Source: Octopus sinensis (lineage: Eukaryota). From it: a stretch of DNA of 64,000 nucleotides. The stretch is from NCBI RefSeq assembly GCF_006345805.1, contig NC_042999.1, forward strand, positions 102,672,001-102,736,000. The letters are read 5' to 3'. Of the stretch, positions 1 through 13,675 are shown in pieces; the stretch's first letter is position 1, and every line of letters starts with the position of its first letter. A model generated the notes under the pieces. That model was not told where the DNA came from. It was given only the letters and a program-made list of their open reading frames with translations, and did no database searches. A program made the position numbers and the translations under genes.

Positions 1-827
1 TACTCAAGAACAAAGTGTTTTTCATTTGAAGATGTAAATTTAAAAAGGAGTTACATTTTGCACAATAAGTATATATGTTAGTATATATGGTAAATATATA
101 TATATATTTACTAGATATTATCTGCTTAAATAATCAATACACATCTTGAACTGCAGTACATTCCTTCATTCCCTTTAACAGCTGTCGACTGGAGATCACA
201 ATGATTATAGCATCTTCCAGCAGCATTATCGCTCTCTCTCCAGCAATGCCGAACAGCATTATTACTACCAGAGAATGTCCAGATTGTGTTTTCGGCCAAT
301 GTTGTAGCACGCTTCTTTCCTCCTATCATAAATGCAGCCAGTTTATCAAATTTCTAGCAGCTGCAACCTGGCAATGATTATTTTGTTTGAATAATTGCTA
401 AAGATTTATTTTTTACATTCTCATCTCTCATCTTTGATCATTCTCTCACATACCTCTGTGATATCCACAATGAAGCATTCTCTGATTCTCTCTGCAGTTC
501 ACAAATAATATAACACTGACAAATATTATTATTAAATACATAGATCAAAGACTAGGCATGTGCTGTATTAGCATTGGTGCTTGCTATCTGTAACCACTAC
601 TTTGGATCAATTGAAGAATGAAGAATGTACAGAGGAAAAAACAAATGTTGTGTTATGAAAACCTGATGTTCCCTTCATGTGAAATAAAAGCCAAACATTA
701 ATAATGGGTGCAATGAATATCTGATGGAGCCCATTGGTTTTTATTATGTTCATGTTTTAACACCATTTACTAAACAGAATGTGCCAAGCTTTTACTTTAA
801 TATTATTACACTTTGAAATTAATTGCC

Positions 828-865
<38 letters not shown>

Positions 866-1808
866 TGTGTGTGTATATGTGTGTGTGTGTGTCTTTTTTA
901 CAATAACTTCTAATGATAACAAATGAAATATTTTGACCTGCATTGAGCTAGAATTTTTTGGTTTTTAACTGCATATTTCTCCTTAGTTAAACAACAGTTG
1001 TTTTGAAATGTCAAAGAACTCAAAGGGCTTATCAGAAGATTTATATACGATAATGACCAAGCAGTTTTGGTTATATATTTTACTTTAAGTACTTTGAACT
1101 GGTTTTTGGTTGCAATTGACTCACCCTAGTCTGCTCTGTTGAATAGCCCTGGTCAGCACTGCTCAAGTAGATCTATAGGATGCATGAGATTGATCAAATG
1201 CTTATGCTTAAAAGCTTCTTGTATATGCCTAATTACACTGGTATACAACTCTAGGATGCAGAATTAGATTTGTGGGTTGCAGTGTGACAGTAAATATATG
1301 TTGCACTTGCTGTGCTCCATAGTTTTGTCACCAAACATGGATTCAGAGGCCATATGATTTAAGTCTAATTACTCCAGCAAAGTAATTTTGACATATTTTC
1401 TCAGAAGGTGCTTCTGTGAGATTGCTCCTATGGTAGAATTAACAGCTAAATCTCCCTCATCACACACTACCATCTTAAAAAGGGGAAAGACTAGGATTAT
1501 CTAGGATTACATTTGATAATGTAATCCTAGATAACCCTTAAAAAGGTGGTTATTCATGGATGGAATGCCTTTGAGCATGGGTTTCCATTCGGTTAGGCTG
1601 GAGCTAAATAATAACTTACTTGGTTTTGCATGTAGACCCTATCCTCTCAACCCAGAACCACAATAGTTAAATCTTATATCTAACAACAACCTGTATACAT
1701 ACATGTGCTACGGCATGACTACAATACTAACTGAATGAAGAATTTCTACTCAGTTGAGTAGTTTTCTTAGAGATTAGCTTACCTACATAGTTCACTCAAA
1801 GGGAATAT

Positions 1809-1912
1809 ATACCTACATATATATATTATTATATATATATATATTACATACATATATATATATGCATATATACATACATATATATATATGCAATATATCA
1901 CATATATATATA

Positions 1913-1988
<76 letters not shown>

Positions 1989-1998
1989 ACGAAGATAG

Positions 1999-2036
<38 letters not shown>

Positions 2037-2096
2037 TTCTCTCTCTCCTCTCTCTCCTCTCTCTCTCTCGTCTCTCTCTCTTCTTTCTCTCCTCTC

Positions 2097-2155
<59 letters not shown>

Positions 2156-2170
2156 ATACATATATATATA
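1809..2170. repeat. compound microsatellite (AT)n/(TC)n
   Basis: Direct: long (TA)n tract followed by a (TC)n tract; explains the spurious minus ORF 1898..2161. Confidence 0.98.
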
Positions 2171-2232
2171 TCATCAGTAAATCATAAATCAAAAAAAGAA
2201 GCACACTCTAAGTTATAGAGCAGTAGATTATA

Positions 2233-2636
2233 TACTCTTTTACTTGTTTCAGTCATTTGACTGCGGCCATGCTGGAGCACCACCTTTAGTCGAAGAAATC
2301 GACCCCAGGACTTATTCTTTGTAAGCCTAGTACTTATTCTATCAGTCTCTTTGGCTGAACCGCTAAGTTATTGGGACGTAAACACACCAGCATCGGTTGT
2401 CAAGCGATGTTGTGGGACAAACACACACACACATACATATACACACACACATACACACATATACATACATATATACGACGGACTTCTTTCAGTTTCCGTC
2501 TACCAAATCCACTCACAGGGCTTTGGTTGACCTGAGGCTATAGTAGAAGACACTTTCCCAAGGTGCCACGCAGTGGGACTGAACCCGGAACCATGTGGTT
2601 GGTAAGCAAGCTACTTACCACACAGCCACTCCTACG
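2233..2636 (-). mobile_element. tRNA-derived SINE, family A (near full length)
   Basis: Minus strand reads GGAGTGGCTGTGTGGTAAGTAGCTTGCT...GGTTCAGTCCCACTG (A/B-box-like head), internal (GT/AT)n, tail ...GCTCCAGCATGGCCGCAGTCAAATGACTGAAACAAGTAAAAGAG. Alignable copies at 34259-34710 and 48959-49335. Confidence 0.9.
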
Positions 2637-2641
2637 TCAAT

Positions 2642-3081
2642 AGATAAAGATAGATACTTCTGGTTTATGGGGTTACCCAGGCTTTTATGTCCATAAAGTG
2701 CTTAGCTAAACAGCATTTTTTTCAGACCCTAAACCCATTGGCCTATGGCCTGTCTAGAAAATCGAGGAAGGAAAACTTCATTACTATCTGTCAACAACAA
2801 GGGATTGTCTCCATTTGACAGCTGTCCGTAATTGACCTTGCTGGCTTGTGGGTTCCAGGACATCAGCTGGAATTTCTTAATGTGCAAGGGTCAATTACAG
2901 ATAGCAGTCAAATGGAGACAATCTGTTGTTGTTGACAAATAGTAGCAAAATCTTTTCCTCCTCCATTTTCTAAAGAGGCCATAGGCCAACAGGTTTAGGG
3001 TCTGAAATGTTGTAAAGCTAAGCACTTTATAGATGCGAAACACTGGGTAACCCCATAAACCAGCCATATCTATCTTTATCT
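2642..3081. mobile_element. foldback/MITE-like element with about 200-bp inverted arms
   Basis: Arms 2642-2841 and 2884-3081 are reverse complements in blocks, e.g. CTGGTTTATGGGGTTACCCAG/CTGGGTAACCCCATAAACCAG, ATAAAGTGCTTAGCT/AGCTAAGCACTTTAT, TTCAGACCCTAAACC/GGTTTAGGGTCTGAA; 42-bp spacer. Confidence 0.85.
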
Positions 3082-3096
3082 CTATGTATCTATATA

Positions 3097-3410
3097 TTTT
3101 ATTTATTTATGTGCCCTTTTTCAAGCCTAGCCAGGCTCATGGGCTCGGTTTCCTGATTTCTGTGGGGTATGTGTTGCCTCCAGCTGGACTGGACGCCAGT
3201 CCATCGCAGCGTTACTCAAGACACAGGAAGAGAGAGTAAGAGAAAGTTGTGGCGAAAGACTACAACAGGGGTCGCCAACCACCCCTGCCGGAGCCTCGTG
3301 GAGCTTTAGGTGTTTTCACTCAATAAGCAGACACAATGCCCAGTCTGGGAATCGAAACTGCGATCCTCCGACCGCGAGTGCGTTGCCCTAACCACTGGGC
3401 CATTGCGCTA
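3097..3410 (-). mobile_element. tRNA-derived SINE, family C
   Basis: Minus-strand head GCGCAATGGCCCAGTGGTTAGGG...GTTTCGATTCCCAGAC (A box TGGCCCAGTGG, B-box-like GTTTCGATTCC), (AAAT)n tail; second copy at 29955-30265. Confidence 0.88.
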
Positions 3411-3699
3411 CCGCATCTATATATATATATATATAATAATAATAATATTAGGGAGTAAATCCAAACTTACAGGGAAAAATTAGATTTAGGATTAAATCTA
3501 ATTTTATAGTATAAATATATATTATAAAACCACTATTAGGCAAATCAAACAGTGAAAATCATAAGCCAATACATAGAAATAAAATTAATTAAAAAATATA
3601 TAAAAAAAATAAAATATAAAAATCCAATTAAAATATTTAAATTTAAGTTAAAATTTTAAAAGATTATTTAAATTAATAATCTAAACTTATAAATTATAA

Positions 3700-3730
<31 letters not shown>

Positions 3731-3788
3731 TTATTATTATTATTTTTTAATTATTTATTTTTTTATCGATACAGATAGATATAGATAC

Positions 3789-3826
<38 letters not shown>

Positions 3827-3863
3827 CACACACACCACAACATAAATATATATATATATTATA

Positions 3864-3896
<33 letters not shown>

Positions 3897-4348
3897 AATA
3901 TCACACACACAACACATATATTATATAAATTCTCCTTTCTTTCTTTCTTTAATAAGGTAGCATGTCATGGGATAGATTTGGTTAATATTCACAGCAGATC
4001 AAAGATTGTGACAAACTCCCACATTGGCTTAAACCTCAATTAAGAATTATTCTATAGCAAAGATAAAAATTGTTTGACATGTCGAATGTGTTAAAAGATC
4101 GGTTGCTTCCTCATCCCATTATTGGCACATTATTGTATCATATGGCAAAAGTAGTTAATGTTCCGAAGCCTCAGAATTTTTCTTTAATGGTCTAGTCAGA
4201 AGGATGGTGTAGAGTTAATGACCTTCTTAGGCCATCCAAAATGAGATTGCAATTGATATAGTTAATGTTTAGCATGAACTCCTATATATATATATGTATG
4301 TATGTATGTATGTATATATATATATATCTATTTATATGTATGTATGTG

Positions 4349-4418
<70 letters not shown>

Positions 4419-5264
4419 TGTGTGCGTGTGTGTGTGAGAGATAGATAGATAGATAAGTTTTGGGCAGAACTGGCCTAGGCCATGTATATTATGTGTAAGT
4501 TAGTTATGGCTGAAATTCTTTTTATCACAAATCTGGTTGATGAGGGCTGACCTAGGGCTAAACAACAGCAACAATTTCTTGATTAAAAAAAGAAAAGTAA
4601 TTTCGTATAGCTATTAAACACAATATTATGAATATCATTAATACTGGTGATGTGATTTGTTCTAAACTGATGAGATAAGACAACTGTGGTTTTCAGTCAT
4701 AGCGGTGACAACATAATTGATTAGTTGGAGTATTAAAAAATAAAAGAGAAAAAATAGAAGACAGATGAAAACTTTATTTGTGAAAATAATTTGCAACTTA
4801 GAGGCATCTGCTAAAGTAATGAGAAAAATAGAGTGAAGAATATGAAAAAACAAAGATAATTGAATGTCTTAAATAAAGTTGAATTGTAAATAAGTTATAA
4901 GTTTTGTTATTAACTTAATTTTTAGAAATGAATAATAGTTTGATATTTACATTAGCACTGCCATTTCAATTAGTTTGATCCTTGATCATCATCAGATATT
5001 CTAGTTTTGGATGTTTACATAGACCCATACCATACAAAATTCAAAAGAGGCACCATTATTTATTTATTCATAAAGAGAAATGACTAACATACTAGTAACT
5101 TAATTATTAATCTCAGTTTACAAGTTATAGAGTCCTAGTTTGATACTAATCAGGTAACCTAATGAAATAAACAGTCAGAATTAGGTCTGGTTTTAGTGTT
5201 ATGAAGCCACCTGATGCTTCATGTATATATTGCAGGGAAAGCTTTATATTCTATATAATTTTAG

Positions 5265-5308
5265 ATTTGGTGATATGAGACCTGATTCTGTAAGAGAAGA
5301 TTTTGTAG
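5265..5308 (+). CDS. candidate coding exon (xFGDMRPDSVREDFV), unidentified gene
   Basis: Acceptor ataattttag, donor TAG|gtagtt, 44 nt, phase 2 to 1, open frame, phase-compatible with 7344-7438. No homology recognised. Confidence 0.4.
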
Positions 5309-6478
5309 GTAGTTGCTCTTGACATGTAGTGGAAGATACTTTTTGCATTTTTTCTTTACTGTATTTAATGAATTTTCTTTGGAAATTCATATAGCTGCTG
5401 CTAATCTTATTGCTACAATAGAGATTCCAGATGTAAATCTAAATAAACATCATTTACACAGTACCATCAAAATTCCTCAACACTTTTAAAAAATAACTTA
5501 ATAATAAACATACTATTCACTATTTGATTGTACAACAATTGAAAGAATTTATTTATGAACTTTTCTAGAGCTAAAAAGCTTGTTACATAAGTAACACTTT
5601 TTTAAAAGAAAGAAATAAGATGCTGAGAAAATCTTTCAAATCTTTTCAGTATACTATGACTAAACTATTTAGGGTCCAGAGATAACACAGTTATTGAATG
5701 ATAAAGGAAGATCTGAAGACAATGAAAATGTTACACATCAAAAAGAAAGTTTTGAAAGTACCAAACTAAATTTTGTTCCAATTCTAAAAGCTGAATTTCG
5801 TATCCACTTACTGTTGTTTTTTTTTGTTTTTTTTTCTGCAATTTTCTGTCTTTTTAGATTATTCAACGCCATGAATGTGTGGAAATTGAGATTGCAAATC
5901 CGGCAAATACTTAACCAAATCAACATCAATTGGAAACTTGTTTGCCGTGCTCATATTTTCTCCATTTCTCCCTCCCCTTCCATTTTAAATATATCAATCT
6001 CTTATTGTCATATGTGTTGTAATTTTGTGACAGATGAGCAGAATTTGTGAAGACAAAAAAAAAAACCAAAAAAAAAACAGAAAGAATAGAAAAAAATTAA
6101 ATAAAGAATCCCCAAAATAAAACAATGACAAATCTGTGAAGTGTGTAAATAAAAATTGAAATACTGAACATGAAATACATAAAAAAAAAGCAGTCTATCG
6201 AATCATGGAAAAAATCCAAATGGAGGAAGAAAAATGGAATAAAAAAAAAAGGCAGCCATCAAACATTATTATGAAGATAGAGGGATAAATGAAAAAATGG
6301 GGGGAGGGATTTATATTGAGAGACAATGAAAAACGGGAACTGCAAGGGAAAACATGAATAAAAAGGTGTTTATGAGTTAGCAGTTGTCAGATACAGTGAA
6401 ATCTGGTGGAAAAATCATGTAACAACGAAAAAAAAATTCTTCAATAAGGTGAAGATAAATCAATTACAAATACAGCAA

Positions 6479-6479
<1 letters not shown>

Positions 6480-6522
<43 letters not shown>

Positions 6523-6644
6523 ATATATGGCAGAGTGTCTTTTGTATTTCGAATTTGATTGAAAAAAATGGTGATCTTTTTTAGCAGGAAACCTATGGTA
6601 GCAGAGAAGTAACAAACATTTTGTTTAAAAGTGTGTGTATGTGC

Positions 6645-6692
<48 letters not shown>

Positions 6693-6780
6693 GTGCATAT
6701 GTATATACGTATGTATGTTGTATTTATGCATGTATATATTAAACATTTCGCATGTATGTATATAACATTTATTCAACGTT
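6480..6780. repeat. (AT)n/(GT)n/(ATGT)n compound microsatellite
   Basis: Direct. Confidence 0.95.
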
Positions 6781-7343
6781 GCATCTGTGTGAGGTACTAC
6801 TCAGGGGGTTCATATACCTGTTTTTCAGATGAATGAAGTCTGAAAATGTAAAAAAAAATACCCTCCATGTAGTCTCACACATGGAGATGAGCAGTCAAAT
6901 TCAGATTGGATAAATGCTACTTTGAAAAAGCATGGAAGAGTGTGAGATTAGAGAGAAGAGAAGGAATAGAAAAAGGACCCCAAAAAACAAAATAATATGT
7001 ATGAAAGATATTATATATATCTATATCTTTATATACGAAAGATATATATATATTTATGTGTGAGTGTGTGTATATATATATATGAAAGATATATATATGT
7101 CTTAAAATAATGTGTTAAAATATTTATATATAATAAAATAATATATGTATTATGATATACACAAGCACATATACAGACTTTTTATACATGCAAAATGTGT
7201 ATGCATATATCCACAGATTGTATATATCTACAAATGAAATATATGTTTGCCTCTGTATGTGTGTGTGTGTATTATATATTAAATATATTAAATAAAGCAT
7301 TAACACTTATGGTATACATATTGGTAGCTCCAGTTTTCTGTAG

Positions 7344-7438
7344 CTATTGGAACTGATGAGTATATAAACAGATTGGCTGCTTATGTCTCTGGAATTGGTC
7401 GAATTGATGTAAACACCTCTGATGAGAAACCCAATAAG
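7344..7438 (+). CDS. candidate coding exon (AIGTDEYINRLAAYVSGIGRIDVNTSDEKPNK), unidentified gene
   Basis: Acceptor ttttctgtag, donor AAG|gtgaaa, 95 nt, phase 1 to 0; joins in frame to 5265-5308. Confidence 0.4.
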
Positions 7439-7504
7439 GTGAAAAAATCGATTAAGGTTGTTCCTCATTTTCTCAGTCTACAGAGAAGGAGCTAAATTAA
7501 TCCT

Positions 7505-7581
<77 letters not shown>

Positions 7582-9196
7582 TCCATAGGTTATACAATGA
7601 TACATAAAATGTACATCTTTGTGTATGTTTTGAGAAGTATCCTAGATATTATACCTGATTACTTGTGACTATTGTTGATATAGTTAATTAAAAATGTGAT
7701 GTTCTCCCTTTCATTTCCCAGTAAGACCAAGATGGCAAATGAAAACCATCAATTTCTGAGAGATATAACTTCTATAGTTTAGCTTCTTATCCAAAAATCT
7801 TAATATTTGCTTCATATCTGCTTAATTCTGCTGGAACCAGAGTTAAGTATCAGCTTACTGAACCATGTTTTTGTCTTTTTTTTACATAAAATGGTTAAAT
7901 GTATAATGTTTTTAACTTTTGGAAATATATTTTGTGTATATGTGTTATGTATGTGTGTGTAGAGATATATATAGTATATATATCATCATCATCAAATTCC
8001 ATATGGGACAGAGAGGTGCATTGAATATACTGGAAATTAATAATCAAGTTAATTTGTCTTTCACATCTATAAAAGTTAGCTCATATTACTGGTAGTTTCA
8101 AATAATCTTCAATGCTGCCCCTACCTGGTTTAGGTCATTTTTACAAGACTTATCTCAACTCAATGTTTGGGTTATTTGATTTATGAACTGCACTGAGCAC
8201 AAGGGAAATATCCTTTTCTGCATATATTATGAACTGCATATGGAAGAATATATGTAAAGACAGTATTAACTATGAAGTTAACTGATAAACAAAGTCAAAG
8301 GGATTTCAGTCTCCTGATAGCTGATGTGTTACATTTCAAGATATTTTTAAAAGGCTGATCCTAGGATGTAGTACTGATTTAAATTGAGTGTAGGATTTGA
8401 TGATAGTACTGCATCAAGAAGTGGGTTGAGGAAGTGTAAAAGGTAAGAAATAATGAAATGAGAAGGAAAGAGAGATGATGGCAACAATTAGAGCACTGAA
8501 AAGAAAGCATAACTTAGTGATAATATATAAATAATAAGCCAATGAAGGAGCGATACATTTTGTTTTATAAAATTCTGCTTTTTAGGTGTATTTATGGATC
8601 TGGATGATCCATAAAAACACTGACTCATTCATGGTAGTCATGACCAGTATCATAAAATGAACTTAGCATGTTTGCAACCCTTCAGTGTATCTGACTTAAC
8701 AGTCACATATACTCCACATAGCAGTGAGGTCTTCAGGATTGTTCTTTTCTTGGCTGTACTGAGAAAATATTTTTTCTACCTTTTACATATTGTTTACATT
8801 TTTCAAAAATCCTTCAGGTGATCTTGTTGGTTATAGTCTTTTTCAATTACTGTAATATAGTTTGTTAGTTTTGTTACATCTCTTTTCTTAATGTTTCTGA
8901 AGGATGAAGTATGGTTGTGAAACTTACTTTTGAACAGCCCTTCTGTCATACTACTATATCACTCTGAGGCAGTGATATGGAGTTTTTTCTTTCATGCTCT
9001 TCACTTTTCCTCTCCATTTTGGGACTTGAAATCCCATTATCAAATTCTATTGATAAAAACTCTATAGTCAATTGCTAAATTATAGCATACCTTAACTTCA
9101 GCTTTTTAAAAAAACACATCAGCTATCAGGCGACTGATCTGCTTTTGACTCTGTTCTTTAGAAATCTCCTCTGTTAGTAAAACAAAAGTTTATATA

Positions 9197-9358
9197 GGTG
9201 CAAACATAATTGTGTGATAAGAAGTTTGCTTCCCAACCATATGGCTTGGGTTCAGTCTCGCTGCATGGCTTCATAGGCATGAATCTTCTACTCTGCCCCA
9301 AGTCAACCAAAGCCTTATGAGTGAATTTGGTAGCTAGAAACTGAAAGCAATCTGTTGC

Positions 9359-9391
<33 letters not shown>

Positions 9392-9397
9392 AATGTA

Positions 9398-9488
<91 letters not shown>

Positions 9489-9638
9489 ATGTGTGTGTGT
9501 GTTTGTGTCTGTTCCCCCATTACTACTGTTGTTGGTTAGCTTATGTTCTCATACCTTAGCAGTTTGGTGAAATGAGCAGCTAAACCATTTAAGGCAGTGC
9601 TCCAGCAGGGTTATAAACCAATGACTGAAACAAATATA
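9197..9638 (+). mobile_element. degenerate family A SINE with expanded (TATC)n internal microsatellite
   Basis: Head remnant GGTTCAGTCTCGCTG...CAAAGCCTTATGAGTGAATTTGG, (TATC)n about 9398-9487, tail GCTCCAGCAG...AATGACTGAAACAA. Confidence 0.8.
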
Positions 9639-10394
9639 AGATATATATATTACCATGATGCTAATAATGCAAATGAAAGTAGAAACTATGTACTTTGTAC
9701 ACATCCAAGACATACTGGTCTAACCAAACCTGAAGAAAAATTTCCTAAACCATTTTGGGCAATGTTTAGTTTTATTTGAAACTACAAGTAATATAAACTA
9801 TAAACTGACATATATTTCTTGTAGTGAGATATGTGTATGTATATAGGTATAAATCAGTATCCATGGAAACTTATGGCTGTATGCACTGTCAAAAATTGTA
9901 TAAATTAGAATAAGACATTGCATAAATTGGTGTGCCATTGTGAGGTTTCTCATGTTTCAAACAAAATCTTTCCCCATAGAATGGGAAAACATTTCCTTTT
10001 ATCTCTACTGTTTGAGACATTGGATATGGTAGAGAATGGGAAGTGGTTGGAGAGAGAGTAAGAGTAATGGAAGAGGTTTGTCAAAATGCATACACACACA
10101 CACATACTCGTATCATACATTACAAATTCACACATATTTTATATGTGCACATACATTACACGTATGTACTTTACACATACACGTCACAAACACTCAATCA
10201 CCTGTGTATGTTAGATTGGTCAGAATTAAACTGTTTGGTCTGCAGAGTTTGTGCAGACACATGCATAAGACAGTAGAAGCATGGACATATATATGTGCAT
10301 TTGTGTCCTTAAGTCCAATGCCTCGTAAAGCAAGGATAAAGTTAAATTTTTTTCATTCCCTGTAAAAGGACAGCATACCAATTTAAGTAATTGC

Positions 10395-10493
10395 ATATAT
10401 ATATATATATATATACATACACACATATATATATACACACATATATATATACACACATATATATATACACACATATATATATACACATATATA

Positions 10494-10548
<55 letters not shown>

Positions 10549-10570
10549 TATATATAATATATATATAGTA
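10395..10570. repeat. (AT)n/(AC)n microsatellite
   Basis: Direct. Confidence 0.97.
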
Positions 10571-10844
10571 TAGTATACTATAGTGTAGAGCACAGTCAGT
10601 ACATATTTTAATCATTTCAAAATCACTAAAAATCACTTACAATGGTTGAGTTCATTATCGGATTTTACTGACGTGTATTAGAACGTGTGTGTGTGTGTGC
10701 AAAAATGCATACAGATCTATCTGCATGTTTGTGTATGTGTACATATATAAATTCATATACTCATACACACACATTTGAATGGTTTTAAATACTTAGTTAT
10801 TTGTGATACTAATTGATTCAAAAATATTTCATGTCTTCCTTTAG

Positions 10845-10904
10845 GTTTTAATTCGGAACACTATTGCTTTGACTGATAGAGAAATTATACATTTATTTTC
10901 ATAA
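10845..10904 (+). CDS. possible terminal exon (VLIRNTIALTDREIIHLFS*)
   Basis: Branch-like TACTAAT at 10807-10813, acceptor gtcttcctttag, phase 0 compatible with the 7438 donor. Could be chance. Confidence 0.2.
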   Translation, partial: VLIRNTIALTDREIIHLFS

Positions 10905-13507
10905 TTTTATAAAATTATCATTTTCATTTTACCTTCTGTTCTAGTTTTACATTGATGCATCATATTTTGTTGCTGTAATACTTGTTTGCTACCTCAATAT
11001 ACATTTGAAAGTTATATTTCTTCATGTTTTATTAGCATTTGCATATGTATATGATAATGAGCATGAGAGAGAGGGGGAAAAGAGAACGAGAGAGAGAGAG
11101 AGAAAGACAGAGACAGAGAAAGTGAGAGTATGTGTAATCATGTGTGTGTATATGTGTTAGTGTGCAGAAAAACCAGTACTTATTTCAAAGGAAATGGTAA
11201 CATGATTTATAACATGGTAACATAGTGGGGTTAGTTTGTTTAACTGTTTTCCTCCTTCCCCTACCTGTTCGAAAACATTTGTGATGTTTATATGGACAAT
11301 CTTTCTTTATATTTTTATTTTATAATTATGTACATTTGTACATGTATCAAACCCATCATTCAATTTAACACCATCACATGGCTCATGAATGTCATTAGCA
11401 GAATCGAAGTATTCCATCAGGTCCTCAGTTATGAGGATGCATTGGATGCACTGCTTTCTACTTTAGCTATCAAGGAATTGCAGCTGTTTCTTCCCTTTCT
11501 TTCTGCTTGTCGCGAGTGCCTGGCAAAGGACATGGATGTTTCCCTTAATCCTCTCACCACCATAAAAAGGAAATATGTGATCGTCTAGGTAAACTGTGTT
11601 TATAGATTACATATCTTGCTCAATATGTGCCACTAAACAACATGAACATCTTAAATTCTTTTAACCCTTCATCCCTGAGCAAGGAGTGAGTTATTCATGT
11701 AAGTATGTGATTGGCTATTAAAAACAAATTCCATTCCACTTTCAACTTCTTCAGTCATTTTTGTAATGAGATTTCTGTTTGAATAAAAACTTGCAGCTAT
11801 TTTTGAATTGAAATCTTTTTGGTGGCCAAGATTATAAAGCACCGTTTTGGTTGCTTCATTGTAACTAGTTAGATGTCTTTCTGCATTCAAATTCCATATT
11901 TAAAGTCAACTTTCATTACACCTACATTGGTAAAATAAATACCAGTAATACTGAGTTGATTCTAAATACAAAATCTACAAGAAAAAACAGAAACCCAAAC
12001 AGACCAAATATCTGTCTTGTGTCTAGTGAAAAAGTGAATAGTTTTGTTTTTTTACCATTCCAATTATCATTTTTATTTTTTTCCTATTTTTCTTTAAAAC
12101 TTTTCAATTTTACATGTTCTACTGAATGTCTGAAATATGGCTCTTATTTTGTCTTATTGACGACATTTAAACATTAATCTGCTTGAAGTGTGTGGTATGG
12201 ATAAGTCTATCAACATTTTATCAAATTCTTTAAGTCTATATCTTTACTTAACACTTCAAAGAAGAAAAAAAAATCTAGTTATAAAATTGACTGGATTTTG
12301 GAAAAATATTGCACAGTTCATTTTTGACTAGTAAAGATTTTTTTTTTTAATTTCAATATATTTACATTTTCTTCAAAATTCATAGCAATGCTTCATATTG
12401 TGGAAATAACTTCATAATTATTCTTATAACAAAAATCTTTTAGGGTTCAATGTCAATACTTATTGCCAATTTTTTGGTTCAAGTAATAAAACCATCAAAA
12501 GTACCAAAGTAAGCATGTATGTGTGTGTGTGTGTTCTGAATTGTGAATTGAGTTGAGGCTAAAAGTTTAAGGTGCTGAGTTTGTAACTGTACAACTTTGA
12601 GTTCATATCTTGTTTCATCTGTTGCAACGTGTCACTTCAGTAGGGCATGTTGCTACTTCTATTAACTACAGCCAATGTTATATAAATATCAAAATTGGCA
12701 TATCTGTGTGTGGAGGGATTTAAAAATTGAAATTCTTTAAACATTCTTATTAGACTTGCATATGGTTGTATAAAATGTTGATTTTTCTACTCATTATGAT
12801 TATTTTTTTAGCAGTGTTATTTTAACCATTTGTTGCCTACCTCTGTAGCATTTCCACATTCCAATGATTAACTTCAACCCTTCATGCCAATTAATTCCAC
12901 AAGTATGATAAACATTGGATTAAAATAAATCTCTTCATTATAGTAAAATTGGCTGGTTGGGTGGTTGGTTTATTTCTCCAGTCATCAGTCACACTTTACA
13001 TCATATAGAGAGAGTTAATATAAGAGGTGGAGGATGAGTGCACATACTAGGCTTGGTGGTAGACAATGAGTAAAAGAATGCTCTACACAAGCACAAGGTG
13101 AGAGAAAAAGAAATTTTATAGACAGAGGAAGAGGAGTGGTACACAACTAAGTAGTTATGAGAACTATACAAATGAGAAATTTGTTTTATTCTAATGTAAT
13201 AAATTTTTTTCTTCAGAAAATTATTAATTTCACCATTTTGTATAAACATCAAGAAATTTGATCAAAGTTAAATTATGATTATTGTATGTCTGTCATATTT
13301 CCTGATATTAACCATTCTGGCAAAAGTATTCTTCTAAATTTACCATCATATGACGTGAAACACTGTAGTTAAATTATAACTTGTTAAAAATTTAAAAAAA
13401 AGAGTAAATATTTAGATTTATAGATAAATAATATTCAAACATATCTTTACTATGGTTCACTTTGCCTTTTTTTTTTCCCTGAAAATAATAAAATAAATAT
13501 CTGGGTC

Positions 13508-13675
13508 CAGTGCCACTTTAAGGCATGGGCACACTGGGCAGTTGCCCAGGGACTCCATGGGTTTAGGGGACCAATGCTACTATGTGTATACTGTTGTATA
13601 TATGTAGATTAAGTATCTAGAAACCCCAGTGTATTACTTTGCTTGAGGGCTTATAATACTGTTGAGATAATCCTG
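13508..13675. mobile_element. degenerate hAT-type MITE
   Basis: Ends CAGTGCCACTTTAAGG... and ...GTTGAGATAATCCTG resemble CAGGGCCG..TTAA / TTAAGACGGCCCTG termini of non-autonomous hAT elements; no clear TSD. Confidence 0.4.

Noticed and set aside
126-360. 67-aa minus ORF and a strong plus acceptor at 181
   Set aside because: No convincing donor in any open frame and no recognisable domain; cannot be supported as an exon.
1898-2161. ORFs with RE, YI, HT, CV, LSIY and DD/II repeats (also 6441, 9355, 10226, 15543, 34424, 40417, 63786)
   Set aside because: They are translations of microsatellites, not genes.
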